Source: Eledone cirrhosa
Lineage: Eukaryota
Assembly: GCA_964016885.1 (NCBI GenBank)
Contig: OZ024740.1
Coordinates: 197,594,001 to 197,658,000 of the forward strand
Direction: 5' to 3'
DNA length: 64,000 nt
A program made the position numbers and the translations under genes. Below the pieces are notes generated by a model. That model made no database searches. It had not been told where the DNA came from and saw only the letters and a list, made by a program, of their open reading frames with translations. Positions 14,321 to 28,153 of the stretch are shown one piece after another; the first letter of the stretch is position 1; each line of letters begins with the position of its first letter.

Positions 14321-15051
14321 TGCAGAAAGCTTGATTGAATGACATAACAAGAACCATACGGAAATTGCTAGATATCCAATAATTGAGCATTTAGGCAACT
14401 CTATTAAATGAAAATCGGGTTCAGTACCCAGAATTAAATATTCTCTATAATCAATGTGTTTACATATATTTTTCAAATTCATGTTACGGTATACCTTTCT
14501 GTAAGGAGTAAGGAAGGGCAGATCTGGCTATATGGGAAAGTAGAGGAAAGGACTATGAAAGCTATAAATGAGAGGAAAAGGAGGGGAAAAGCAAGGACTC
14601 TAGGGCCACAGATGAAAGGGAGGGGAAGGGGTGAGGGCGATGGGCACTGAGCCTAGGGCGCGGCGGTGTTGGGGCTGCACCCCGCGGACATTACAGCAAA
14701 AGCATTTCCACGGACAATGGTCAGCTACACCCACTGCAACAGACCAATAATTAACACATGAGAAACAATTAGGGTTACACACCCACACACGGTTGAAAAT
14801 TCACTAGTTAAGTCGAGTTAGAACAGCCCACATTTCTGCTCGCCCACGTGCATTATATATATTTCCGGGAAATACCGAAATTAACCGAAAGCACTTTATG
14901 ATAAATGTTGCCACTTCTGCTGCTGATGATGATAATGATATTTTAAAAATTATTCCTAATACTATATTTCTAATTATATTAAGAATTCTGTAGAGTTTTG
15001 CGGAACATATGACTCAATTATTCCGCAAAATGAATTATATATTCTCCGACA

Positions 15052-15196
15052 ATGTGTGTTTATGTGTCACTGTATGTATGTATGTATGTATGTATGTATG
15101 TATGTATGTATGTATGTATGTATGTATGTATGTATGTATGTATGTGTGAATGTATGTATGTATGTATGTATGTATGCGTGTATGTGTGTATGTATG

Positions 15197-15230
<34 letters not shown>

Positions 15231-15433
15231 TGTATGTATGTATGTATGTGTGAATGTATGTATGTATGTATGTATGTATGTATGTATGTATGTATGTATG
15301 TATGTATGTATGTATATATGTATATATGTATGTATGTATGTGTGAATGTATGTATATATGTATGTATGCATGTATGTATGTATCTATGTATATATATATA
15401 TATATATATTTCTTTTTTTTTTTCTTTTTTTAA

Positions 15434-15474
<41 letters not shown>

Positions 15475-16129
15475 TTTTTTTTCTTCTCGTGCAATGGCCA
15501 TACTCGATAACGAGGGGGCAGGCATCATCATCATGTATCTATGTATGTGTGAATGTATGTATGTATGTATGTATGTATGTATGTATGTATGTATGTATGT
15601 ATGTATGTATGTATGTATGTATGTGTGTGTGTATGTATGTATGTATGTGTGAATGTATGTATGTATATATGTATGTATGCATGTATGTATGTATCTATGT
15701 ATGTGCTTATATATGCATATATATGTGATTGTGTGTATAAATCTGTCAGTTTTGTACAGTTAAAATAGTATGTGTATATATACTGAATATATATATATGT
15801 GTGTGTGTTAGTGTATGCACGTATATCTGCATGTATATATGTTGGTAACCATGTACGTAGGCATGTATGTATGTGCATATATATATATATATACACACCT
15901 ATATATGTACATACATACATACATATATACATATATGTATATGTATATATGTATATATATATGTATATATATATGCATATATATATATGTACATATATAT
16001 GTGTGTATATATATATATACACACATATATATGTACATATATATATATGCATATATATACATATATATATACATATATACATATACATATATGTATATAT
16101 GTATGTATGTATGTACATATATAGGTGTG

Positions 16130-16177
<48 letters not shown>

Positions 16178-16179
16178 TA

Positions 16180-16229
<50 letters not shown>

Positions 16230-16235
16230 CATACA

Positions 16236-16297
<62 letters not shown>

Positions 16298-16303
16298 CAT
16301 ACA

Positions 16304-16354
<51 letters not shown>

Positions 16355-16740
16355 CTGTGTGCGTTGAAGGGATGTACAACTGAAATAAATGGAAGAGGTT
16401 GTAAATCATTCAAAACGAAATATGTTAAACAAATTATTTTTCCATTAAGACTTCTAATATGTTAGTGAAATCTCTCTTAATTGATTACGTGGAGGGTAGA
16501 GAAAGAGACACAGTAATGTACAGTAATTACATAATTTATAATATTCTCGCTGCAAGCACTAGAACGTAATAAAATAAACGAAGGTGGCGTACGTTTTGGT
16601 GATGGAAGAATGTGTATGTATGTATGTATGTATGTATGTATGTATGTATGTATGTATGTATGTATGTATGTATGTATGTATGTATGTATGTATGTATGTA
16701 TGTATGTATGTATGTATGTATGTATGTATGTATGTATGTA
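15052..16740. repeat. (TGTA)n/(TA)n compound microsatellite field with an RTE 3'-tip (15487-15534)
   Basis: Direct reading; tcgtgcaatggccatactcgataac matches 19018-19042. Confidence 0.9.
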
Positions 16741-17350
16741 TGTCAGGTCACCAGTTGGTGCTACTGGTAACATGTATCTCAGTACAACCTGTCTCATGGT
16801 CGGGTCGTTGGAGACTAAACTGGCAACCCCACCAAGGTTTCTTGGTGAGGAGGGTGACTTTGGACATCCTGGAGGACTAAAAACAAAACCTGTCAAAGGG
16901 CAAAGGAGCTCTTAAGATTCAATGGCCATCCAAAATCACCGGGAGAGATGATCCCTTAGCCTTTGTCAAGGCAGAATTCTAGGAGAAGGAAAACTCTGAT
17001 ATAACACCTGCAACCCTGATGGTATCCAATGATGTTGACTTGTTATTCCTTTTGGTAAATATCATCTTGGTTAAGAGAGTGGGACTGGCTTTGTGCAGTG
17101 CCTTTGCTCACTATAAAAGCTTCACAGCACAGGCATTGCTTTATATCTGGAGATCTCTCTGCACTTGCCGTCACATGGTACCATGGGCCTAGCACTATGT
17201 GTCAATAATTGTCACAAGTGTAGTGTTTGTACCAGAGTTTTCAAGTCGCTGGCTGGACTAAAATGTCACACTCGTTCAGCGCATCGGTAGGGGTTCTCCT
17301 ACATGGATATAAAGTAGTGGCCGTACTCGAAAACGAGTTGGCAGCCACCA
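16741..17350 (+). mobile_element. ~610 bp non-coding RTE-dependent element, copy A
   Basis: Near-identical to 30895-31504; 3' end tggccgtactcgaaaacgag..gccaccat resembles the RTE 3' end; carries ctaggagaaggaaaactctg, typical of RTE 5'UTRs. Confidence 0.75.
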
Positions 17351-17499
17351 TGTATGTATGTATGCATGTATTTATGTGTGTATGTATGTATATATGTATG
17401 TATGCATGTATGCATGTACGCATGTGTGTATGTATGTATGTGTGTATATATGTATGTGTGTATGAGTGTATGTATGAATGTTACGTGCAAAAGTGAAAT

Positions 17500-19057
17500 T
17501 ATTTACAAAACGTAAAATCCGGACTGCTGGTATTACCCTGCCCAAAAGACTGAATGTTGCTCGTCTTCGGGAAAGCCACAGCAAAGCCACAGGAGAAGAA
17601 TATGTTGCATAAGGAACTCAAGGATGTGAAATCACATTTGAGGCGGAAGCTCTCTCAGAAGGGAAAGGGTAACAAGAATGATTGTCGAAACTATAGGCGT
17701 ATATCATTGTTTTCTGTCGTAGGAAAACATTTATATAGGGTGCTTCTAGATCATATGCTGACACACATTGCAGATTGTTTTCTTCCTGAAAGTCAATCTG
17801 GTTTTCGTGCTGGACGCGGCACTACTGATATGATCTCGATACTGTTAACAGAAATGCATTGTAGAAGGTTCTCCAGAAACTTGGTTGCCCTGATAAGTTC
17901 CTTGCTTTGGTTAGGTCTTTCCATGATGACATGAAGGCTTGGGTTAATGAGAGGTAGCATGTCAGAGCCTATCTCAGTAAAAAACGGAGTGAAACAGGGG
18001 GATATTTCAGCACCGACTCTATTTGCCATATTCTTTGCGACGGTTTTCTATATTGCATTCAGGAATTGTAAGTATGGTGTACATCTACTATCGAACCTCT
18101 TGCAGTATATTTAACATCACAAGTATTTACATCTACCATAAGAGACCTTTTGTATGCAGATGATTGCGATCTTGAAGCGCACACAGAGATTGATATGGAA
18201 CACATTTTGAATGCATTTTCTGATGCTTGCACTGCCCTAGGATTGACTGTCAGTCTCAGTTGGAACGGTTTCATCAGATGTGTCTCAGACGGATCCATGG
18301 CGTTCACTGGAGGGACCACATCAGTGATGTCGAGATTTTGGAAAGCACTCTGTGTGAACGCATAGAAGCTCTTGTGCTTAAGCAAAGAATCCAATGGAGT
18401 GGTCACCTTGCCAGAATGGAGGATTCTAGGATACCAAAACAACTCTTTTATGGAGAGTTAGTTAAAGGAAAACGACCTTCACATAAACCAAAAAAGAGGT
18501 ATAAGGATTCGTTGAAAGCCTCATTGAAAGACGCTAACGTCTCTGCTGATATATGGGAAAGCGCGGCTGCTGATCGTAATAAATGGAGAAAGACTGTTCA
18601 TGAGGGGAGAGTTGCTTTTGCAGCATCTCGAATCGCATACGAGAAAGTAAAAAAGGGATGTCTGGAAAGGCATTGCTGTTACATTTCCAGACAGCAAAGG
18701 TCCTCCTATGGCGCTGACATACGGCGTCTGTGCAAGACTCTGCCTCAGCAAAGCTGGACTCAAAAGTCACAAAGTGAGACCAGTGGTTGACTACCAGGCT
18801 GCTGTTGGAGATGCTACTCATCATACATGTCAAGTATGTGGAAAAGAGTGTAGATCAGCAGGAGGCCTCAAACGACACGCAAAAGTACATGATTCCAACC
18901 ACAGCCGGCTATTGCCAGTGAATGTTTTTATCATGTTGTCAACTCTGTGCAAGACATTTTAGATCATTGGCTGGGCTAAAAAGTCACATTCGATCGCAGC
19001 ACTGTTAATCTTTTTATCGTGCAATGGCCATACTCGATAACAAGGGGGAAGCCATCA
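17500..19057 (+). mobile_element. Frameshifted, internally deleted RTE-clade LINE (RT + C-terminal C2H2 fingers)
   Basis: LPESQSGFRAGRGTTDM, GVKQGD, YADD, LERFHQMCLRRI, WSGHLARMEDSRIPKQLFYGEL. Confidence 0.88.
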
Positions 19058-19488
19058 TGTATATATTTATGTATGTATGTATTTCTGGTTTTATTATTTT
19101 ACACATGTTCACCAATAGAGACCGAAAGCCGGTTTCTAACATATAAACAAGTCTATTTCATTGGAATTTAGACATCAACTTGGTAAATATTTATGTATAT
19201 CTGTATATGTTTATGTGTGTGTGGATGTGCAGGTATGGATGTTATTGCATGTGTTGATCTGTATGTTCTGAGTTATAATGAAGTAGAGGTATTAATTTAA
19301 CTACTCATACATTTCCCCTGATCAATGTTGTTTTGAACTGGTATTAAAAAATATTGTTTAATTGGGGAAAGGGATTTTGGGGGTGAGGACAGACATTATT
19401 AGATTACATCTTTTCACATCTCGTGTTCAAATCCCGTAAGAGTCACCTTTTCTGGGCGTGGGGAAAGATCTAATTCCAAAACAAAATA

Positions 19489-19823
<335 letters not shown>

Positions 19824-20614
19824 GATGGATGTATATATCCACAAAACAAAATAAAGAAATGGTGCGGTGTGGTAGGGAGTGAAATGTGAAGGAAGGTGAA
19901 GTAAAGGAAGGTATTGAGTTAGAGGAAAGGGGTCGCCTATAAGAATTAAGACATTTTGGAGAGTATATATGTGGTGGAATTGGATATACATAAGGACTAT
20001 GAGAAACTGGTACAGGATCAACATTTGTAAAGAGATGAAAGAGAAGACAAATATGATAAAGGAGGAGTAGAAATAACAAAGGAAAGAGGAGAAAAAGAAG
20101 AGGATGTCGACGATGATAATGTTGTTGATGATGACGTTGAGAAGGGGAAAATCTGAAAAACAATTAAGAAGGAAAGCTCAAAAGGAGAAATAACTAGAAT
20201 AAAAAAAAGGATAAGAAATACAAGAAAACGATGAAAAAGAATTAAGTAGAGAAAATAAAGAAGAGGCGTGAGTGAAATGAAATAATTTGATGTGTGATGA
20301 AGTGTGATGTGAACGGGAGGAAGAAAGAGGCGTGGCCAGACGATATACAGAGAGGGAAGAGGTTTGATGGAATGGAAAAAAGGTAGGATGGAAAGCAATT
20401 TGATTAGAAGAGCAATATTGGAAGGGCGGAGGAGACAGGGATAAATAAGAACATTATTTAGGGGAGGGAGTTAGGAAAATAATGAAATAATAAATCATTA
20501 GTTAGAGCATTTGATTTACACACACACACACACACACTCACACATACACACACATGTATATATATAGATATCTATTCAAATATATACATACACACATATA
20601 TATATATATTATTA

Positions 20615-20800
20615 TTGTGGATTGGCAGTATAGGTAGAGGGTCGGACGCTATGCTTTGCAGCATAGAGTTACGGCCCTTTACGGTCACAGTTCAAATCCA
20701 GCCGAGGTTAACTTTGCCTTTCATCCCTATGGGGTCGATAGAATAAAGCACCACTGGGATAATTGCTGGCCTTGTGCCAAAAGTAGAGAGAATTATTATT
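20615..20800 (+). mobile_element. tRNA-head SINE with (ATT)n tail
   Basis: A-box-like TGGCAGTATAGG, B-box GTTCAAATCC, core ctttgcctttcatcc..ggggtcgata. Confidence 0.85.
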
Positions 20801-23800
20801 GTTCTTTGAGTCTCAGTCATTGATGTTATTTAGTTGGAAAGTTTGTTGCAATGAATATCAAGCCACTACTTGCAGCCTCAGACATTCAGGACGTATCGGA
20901 GGGTTCTTGCTGTTCCCAGCAAGCATGCCTTTTGAAGTGTTCCAAAAAGCGGTGCTGGACTAATCTTCTTTAACCATCCTTGGAAACTCTTTGAGATAGT
21001 ACCTAGTGCGCCTATGACAATCGGGACGACCTTGAAATCCTGGTATCGGTTAATTTTTTCCCTCTCCTTTTCTTGCACTCTCGTTTCAAATGGGCAGGCT
21101 ACATCTACAATCAGGCACGATCTTTTTTCCTTGACCCACCAGGTCAGGTCTATTGTGTTCTAATTTCTTGTCTGTCTGTATTCTAAAATCCCACAGCACC
21201 TTCACCTGATCGTTTTCTATCACTGACTCTGGCTTATGCTCATACCACTTCTCAGAATGTGGTAAATTGTTTACTTTGCACAGGTGCCAGTGGATCATCC
21301 TGCCCATCACATCATGTCTCCAGCCTTTATAGTGAGTCTGGGCTAGGTGTTTACACTCGGATACAATGTGAGCCACAGTCTCCTCTCTCTCTCCACAGAT
21401 CCTACACAGTGATATGGTGTTTCAGTCACTTCGTTTTGAGGGCCTGCTCTTGCGCAGCCATTAGCATTCCTTCTGTAGCCTTTTTAAGGTTTCCTCTTTT
21501 TAACCAGTTCCATGTCTGTGGATATCTAAATTCAGTTTTCCTAAAGAAGGTACTATGAAGGGATTTTTGATGAAGGTTGCTCTTCCTCCCTGCTGTTATT
21601 TCCTCCTTGGACATCCCTGGTCTATTGTCCTCTCCTTCAGTACAATTTTGAGCCTTGGCTCCCTACTGTATTTGTGCAGGTTGGTTTTCTCCATCTGAAC
21701 ACAGTCATCTATGCTGATAAGACCTCTTCCACTTTCAGATCTCTTTAAGTAGAGTCTATCGACATCACTCCTCTTGTGGAACATGTTGTAGATAGTCAAT
21801 AGCTTCCCAGTCTTTCTATCCATTTCTTTTTGTTCAGCAACATTCCATTTCAGAATCCCCGCACTGTACCTAATAATAGACACAGCTTGAGAATTCACTG
21901 CACTTATGACATTCCTACTATTTAGATGTGATTTTAATACGCTCCTTACTATCCTTATGTACTCAGATCTTATCAATTCCTTCATTTTTTTGTCCTTGAT
22001 ATCATCTGCCTCCAGAACACCTAAATATTTTTACCCTTCTTCAGTGTCAATTTCCTTTATCATCTCACCTGTTGTAACCTGGATTCCGTTGCTTCTGCTC
22101 AATTTACCCCTTTCATCACTAGGACTCTACACTTATTAATACCAAATTCCATACATATATCATTGCTGAAAACACGGAGAGTGTCAACAAGTACATCCAA
22201 TTCCTTCTCACTCTTCCCAAAGAGTTTAAGATCGTCCATGAAGAGGAGGTGGTTGATGGTAAGATCTCCTTTTCTCAACTTGTATCCTGCTCTCATTTTT
22301 CGCAATATAATGGTCAGGGGTATCAGGGCAAGGACAAACAGCAGAGGGGACAAACTATCTCCCTTGAAGATACCTCTCCTGATCTTCACGCCTATCAGGG
22401 ATTCTCCACCCGATGTTAACTCTGTTTTCCAGGACTTCATACTTTTGCTCAACAACTGTCTGATGTTATCTGCCACCTTGAAGATCTCTAGGCTTTTGGT
22501 GATCCAAGAATGAGGTACCATGTCGAATGCCTTTTTGTAATCTATCCATCCCATGGCAAGACCAGTGTGTCTCCTCTTGCAATTCCTCATTACCATCTTA
22601 TCAATAAGTAACAGTTTCCACATGACAGACAGACATGTGATAGGTCTATAGTTGGTAACATCATTACCCTTGATTCGGTCTTTCATTACCAGAACTGTGG
22701 TACCTTTTGTCAACCACTCTGGTACCTCACCCGACATCAAGCAGTCATTGAACATGGTTGTCAGTTTCAGGTGGAGAGATGTTCTATTTTAAATCCAATA
22801 CCCCTGCACACCATCTGGGCCTGGTGATTTCCAGTTGGTTAGTTTATTGGCCTGCCCTTTAAGAGTTTCAACTGTGATACCCAAATCAGTTTGTTGGTGT
22901 GCTTGTTCATTAATCCCCCTTTGTACTGTCTCAATCCACACTGCCTGATCATTATGTTCAAAATCCTGCTCCCATATTCCTCTCCGGAATGTCTTAGTCT
23001 GTTCCGCCCCAGGGATCAAGTCGTTGCCTCTTTCTTTCCCTTCAAGCTGTCCAAACAACATCTTCTGGCTGTTGTCAAACATGCGGTTCTGTCTATACTG
23101 ACTGACTCTGTTCTCATAACGCCTAATCTTTGCACTTTTTGCTACAATGCGTTGCTTCAGTTCCTCTATGATAATATTTAGCCCCCCCCCCCCGTATTAG
23201 TTTTGTACTTTATTTCCAATCTATTTTTAGTGTCTATGTTTTGTAATGTCCCATTCAGTAGGGACTCAAGCTTTCCAATGTCTTTTCTCATTTCCTTGAT
23301 TTGACTATTCAGTCGTTTCTTCCACCAAGGTTCTGATCTTTCTTGTTTGTTGTTTCCTCTCGTTTTTATGCCAAGTAATTTCCTCACCGCATTTTCTGTT
23401 GCTTTGAGGATATTGTTGCACTGGTGAAGGTTACTCGCCTCAAGGTATGGGATGACTTTGTTTACCTTAGCTGTTGTTTCTTTTAATTTTTTCCTGTCTA
23501 CAAATCTTAGGTTCATAGGTTTTCCGCTATCATTGTTCATTTCATCTACCACTAAGTTCAGGATATCAAACAAATCTTGTCCTAGCCCGTCAGCATTCAT
23601 TTCCTCAATGGCCATATCTTTGTTCCAGATGTTATTTATTTCAGCATTCAGATCATTGTCTGCTTCGGATGCTTCGTCGGGTCTTTCAACCTCTTCACCT
23701 TCATTTCCCACTGGCTCGTTTGCCTGGCATACTCCACTCTCCATTTCCAACTTAATCTCTCTGTTCAGTTCCTCCAGTTCCAACTCGCTTATCCATCCAT

Positions 23801-24300
23801 TAGTTCTTATTACCCGAGCCTGCCCGGCCAATTTTTGTTCATCTAATTTAAATAGACCAATCTCGTTCCAGATGTTATGCATCCGTTTCCTATAGCCTTT
23901 TCCCACGAGGTTACTCTTCAGGTAACATTCCATGACAGTTCTATTCAATTCTTTCGTCCAGTTGGTTCTTGTCCCTTTCCTTCTTCTTCTTCCTCCAACA
24001 CGATCAGTATTTGGATGACAGCCAGGTCCCTGCTGCTGGGTCAGGGAGCACTTGCTGGGTGAGAGTCTTTCACATGACGTTCCAGTCTCCCCTTCACCGT
24101 TATTCGAACTGTTTAGGTTCGACATTTAAACACTCATATCGAGGATTGGTGAATGTATGGTTACATAACCACCGGTGATTTCATCACCCCCAGTGATTTC
24201 ATCACCCCCAGTGATTTCATCACCCCCGGTGATTTTACGCTGTAGACGAACATAAATAAATAAACAAACAAATAGATAAAAACTTAAAAAATAAAAATAA
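20800..24300 (-). mobile_element. R4/Dong-type RLE non-LTR retrotransposon, near full length, frameshifted
   Basis: WTKELNRTVMECY, WKSPGPDGVQGYW, DYKKAFD, HLLFMDDLKL, HIVSEC, NRPDLV, VVPIVIGALG; 3' end ..gaacAATAATAAT. Confidence 0.9.
24170..24235. repeat. 18-bp tandem repeat in R4/Dong 5'UTR
   Basis: gtgatttcatcaccccca x ~3.5. Confidence 0.85.
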
Positions 24301-25237
24301 ACATGTTTCATTGTAATGTTTGAATGTCTGACTTAGTTTTTTTTTTTTTTTCCTTTTTGTTTTGCAAGGCCAGTAACATCGGTTACTAGTGTTGTTGTTG
24401 CTGCTGCTGCTATTTTTGATTTTAGCTACGAGGGAAGTAGGGGTTGTTGCGTTCAAAACTTTTGAAATTTGTTTTTCTTTTGTTGTTGCATTTGTTTTTG
24501 TCTGTGTTCTGTTCTGTAATTTTCCGACTTGTTGCTTATCATTATTATTATTATATTATATAACTAAAGTACCAGTAATGCACTGGATAATTGCTGGCCT
24601 TGTGCCTAAAGTAGAAACAATTATTATTATTATATTATAGTTTAGATTTGACATCGTTTAAACTAAACATTTTGAGAGAGTTTAGAGATACAACAATAAT
24701 TATTTTGGTGTTGTTGTTGTTAGCTGTTTGATCGGGTCACTAAACAGTCTATTTATATCTTTTTATATCTTTTGGTGACTTCCTCGCTTCTAGTCATGTG
24801 TCGTGGTACTCTTACCATCCCTCTCTTAACAGGAGGTAGTGGGGGTATAGTGGTGGTAGCGATGATGCAGTGGTGACGGTGGTGATGGGATAGTAATACT
24901 GTAGTGATGGTGTTGTTATAGCTGTATCTAGCTAAATTTTTTGTGGCAGTGGTGGCGGCGGCGGTGGTGAAATTATTTTGCTGTTGTTTTCTTCCATTTG
25001 TAACCATTTTCTTTTTTGACTATAATATTTATGCTACAAAATTAACTATTAAATATTGGAGCCCTATGCCATAAGGTTATGCGTTGTCACTTCCTGAGAG
25101 TTGAAACTGGTATCTTATGTCCCATTTGTAATAAGAATTATTCTATCACAATTGTTTTAAATATGTAAAAAATCAAAAACTTACGGGACCGATTCTATAA
25201 CACTCTATCCACCATATGCGTATCTTCCCTATTATTC

Positions 25238-25375
25238 ATTCTTCTTCTTCTTCTTCTTCTTCTTCTTCTTCTTCTTCTTCTTCTTCTTCTTCTTCTTCTT
25301 CTTCTTCTTCTTCTTCTTCTTCTTCTTCTTCTTCTTCTTCTTCTTCTTCTTCTTCTTCTTCTTCTTCTTCTTCTT

Positions 25376-25448
<73 letters not shown>
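25238..25448. repeat. (TTC)n-(TTA)n microsatellite
   Basis: Direct reading. Confidence 0.95.
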
Positions 25449-25995
25449 GGGTCGGACACTATGCTTTGACGCATTCTGAGATCAAATCGTGCCAAGGTTA
25501 ACTTTGCCTTTCATCCTTACGGGGTCGATAAAATAAAGTACCAGTAATGTATTGGCTAATTGATGGCCTGGTGCCAAAAGTAGAAACAATTATTATTATT
25601 ATTACCACTGTTAGTATTATTACAGATATTGTTTTGCGACATGAAATTGTTCCTGCTGTTCCTATTATGATTCCTCCTACTGTTGCTATTACGCTATTAT
25701 GGTTCCTTTCATGTTTATTAGTTCTACTATTAATGCTGGAGCTAGTCTCCATAATATTAGTATTGTTGACGTTATTGTTATTACTATCATTATTATCCTG
25801 TTTTGCGGTGAATTGGCAGTATCGGTAGAGGGTTGGACGCCATGCTTTCTAGCATAGTTACGTCCCTTTACAGTCTGAGTTCAAATCCTGCCGAGGGTAA
25901 CTTTGCCTTTCATCCTTACGGGGTCGATAAAATAAAGTACCAGCAATGTACTGGGTAATTGCTGGTCTTGTGTCTAAAGTAGAAACAATTATTAT
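25448..25995 (+). mobile_element. Two SINE copies (25448-25600, 25804-25995)
   Basis: Same family as 20615 and 29845. Confidence 0.85.
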
Positions 25996-26002
25996 CCTGT
26001 TT

Positions 26003-26621
26003 ACTTGTCAGCATATGCGGACGATGTCACCGTAGTGGTGTCGAACGCCAAACACATCGAGGCGATCGGCACTACACTAAAAGAATACGAAGCGGCGGTG
26101 ACAGGAGCAATGATCAACCAGGAAAAGTCGGTGGACCTGCAGCTCGACAGCTGGAGAGGCAGGTCCATGCCGTCCAACAGCGACGTCGGGCGCTGGAAGG
26201 ACGGACCGGTTAAATTGCTAGGGGTCTGGTTCGGTCCGGACCTCCAGACGGACAAAATATGGGACGACGTGACGAGCAGGGTGGCTTCTCTCACCCAGAA
26301 ATGGGCAGCTATCCCTGAAAGGTCGAGCGGAGGTGGCGAATGCGTACATCGCGTCCGTCATCTACTACCGCCTGACCGTCGTACCTTGTCCTAAGCATCG
26401 CCTGACTGCGCTGGAGCGTTTGCTCTTTCGCTTTTTGTGGAAGGGACGCGCTCCGATGATCAGGCGATCCATCTGGTGTCAACACCCGCTACGTGGAGGG
26501 CTGGGCATGCCGTGGCTGATGATGCGCAGACACGCTCTCAGGCTACGACATCTCCACCTCTTCCTCGACGGTGATCAGGTGTGGTCGCCGTTTGCTAGAC
26601 GCGTCTTTCCCCAGCTCGTTA
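26003..26621 (+). mobile_element. Tx1 RT fragment, frameshifted
   Basis: SAYADDVTV..GPVKLLGVWFGPDLQ..GGLGMPWLMMRRHALRLRHL. Confidence 0.88.
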
Positions 26622-27470
26622 AGTGTAGAGTTGGGGTGGTTAGAGGATTTGTTAATGTAAGATAGAACCTCGCCTGGCTTGTGGTACGGTCTATAAAGGC
26701 CAGTATCTAATTCTAATGTTACATCTAGAAAGTTAACTATCTTATGGTCTATTGTAACTGAGAGGCCGTACGCTTTAAATAATTTATGGATATACTTATT
26801 GAGGTTTTCTATTCTACGGGGGTCGTAATTCCTTACAGTAAACAGAGAGTCGTCTCTATATACACCTCCTTGTAGTGCGGGGATCTCTTCTCTGAGCTTA
26901 TGTAGGAGGTATATTCCAACCAGGTCGGTTATCTGTGCAGAGTCACTCGACCCCATCGTGATATCGAAATTATCAGGAGGTTGGCTCAGGTGCAGTATGG
27001 GCCTTCGAAGTGAACGATGCTTCGTCTAGCTGCTAGTACTATGTCTATTTCATTTTTAGTTAAACTAGTATTGGACTTAGCTAAGATAAGGGCCTTGTTT
27101 AGTAGTATATGGGAGATAGGGGCGTGATTATTATCTATGTCGAATTGAATACATTTTAGTGAATTTTTATCTCGTATATTTGTGAACCATTTGATGACCT
27201 GATCCGTATTATTCCAAATTAAAATCTTAGCCTTATTTTTAAGCACAGGTATTATTCTATCTAGGATCACTTTGCTAATTCTACCTATATGTGAGGTGGC
27301 GGAGCATATAAATCTAACAGAGGGGTTTTCATTGAAGTTACATTTGTGATCCTTAAGAGAGAATTTCGGTGTCATAGGTTTGTAAGGGTTTGTGTATTTG
27401 TAGAGTGCTTCAAACCTGTTATAAACATAACTCTGTTGAATATTCATCAACAAAGCATATAACTCATTGT
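26622..27470 (-). mobile_element. PLE RT fragment (YRDD type, possibly Hydra clade)
   Basis: LKDHK.NF.ENPSVR, IGRISKVILD, QFDI, MGSSDSAQITDLVG, GVYRDD, FLDVTLEL, YINKSSNHP. Confidence 0.8.
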
Positions 27471-27471
27471 T

Positions 27472-27502
<31 letters not shown>

Positions 27503-27672
27503 ACCCACACCCCAAATAACTTCTCATTCACTACCAGAAAGGGACACAGCAGTCAACCTGTTGTTGCTACCTAGATGAAAACTGCTATGAAATCCCACAA
27601 TGAATTTTATACTTGAATTTTCAAGTCTCAAATTTTAACTCTTCGTATTATTAATTTTTCTTAATATTAATC

Positions 27673-27720
27673 AACATTTGAAAAGATGGCTTTTGCAGAC
27701 CCATCGAAACCGGTCATTTT
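27673..27720 (+). ncRNA. Minimal hammerhead, U3-A8 core
   Basis: TTGAAAA GATGG cttttgcagac CCATC GAAA CCGG TC. Confidence 0.6.
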
Positions 27721-27856
27721 TTATACCCTTTATTATTTCCTTACCTTATAAAATTATGTTTTTTCACAAAAAAGTATTCTGTCTCTTATATATTCCATGT
27801 GCCATTACCAACCTCAATTTTCTCTATAACCTTCGTTTTGTGTAGAAAATTACACT

Positions 27857-27914
<58 letters not shown>

Positions 27915-28003
27915 AAAGTTTATATGGTTCGTTGATTATTCAACGAATTCATTTTTGCAACAGATTAGAAGCACTCGGCAGGAATTTATCTGGAGTAACC
28001 TTA

Positions 28004-28095
28004 ATATTCAAAATATTAATAAATGAGAAATACTTTCACATAACCAAAGTATATATACTTTGGTTATCTGAAAGTATTTCTCATTTATTAATATT

Positions 28096-28102
<7 letters not shown>
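28004..28102. repeat. ~100 bp near-perfect palindrome abutting (TA)n
   Basis: atattcaaaatattaataaatgagaaatactttca..tgaaagtatttctcatttattaatattttgaatat; the arm is related to 60376-60420. Confidence 0.85.

Positions 28103-28153
<51 letters not shown>

Noticed and set aside
14482-14850. Possible solo LTR starting TGTTACGG
   Set aside because: No confident CA end, TSD or second copy
15052-16465. Many long ORFs (YIYI, MYVC, HTHT, CVCV), here and elsewhere
   Set aside because: Translations of stop-free microsatellites
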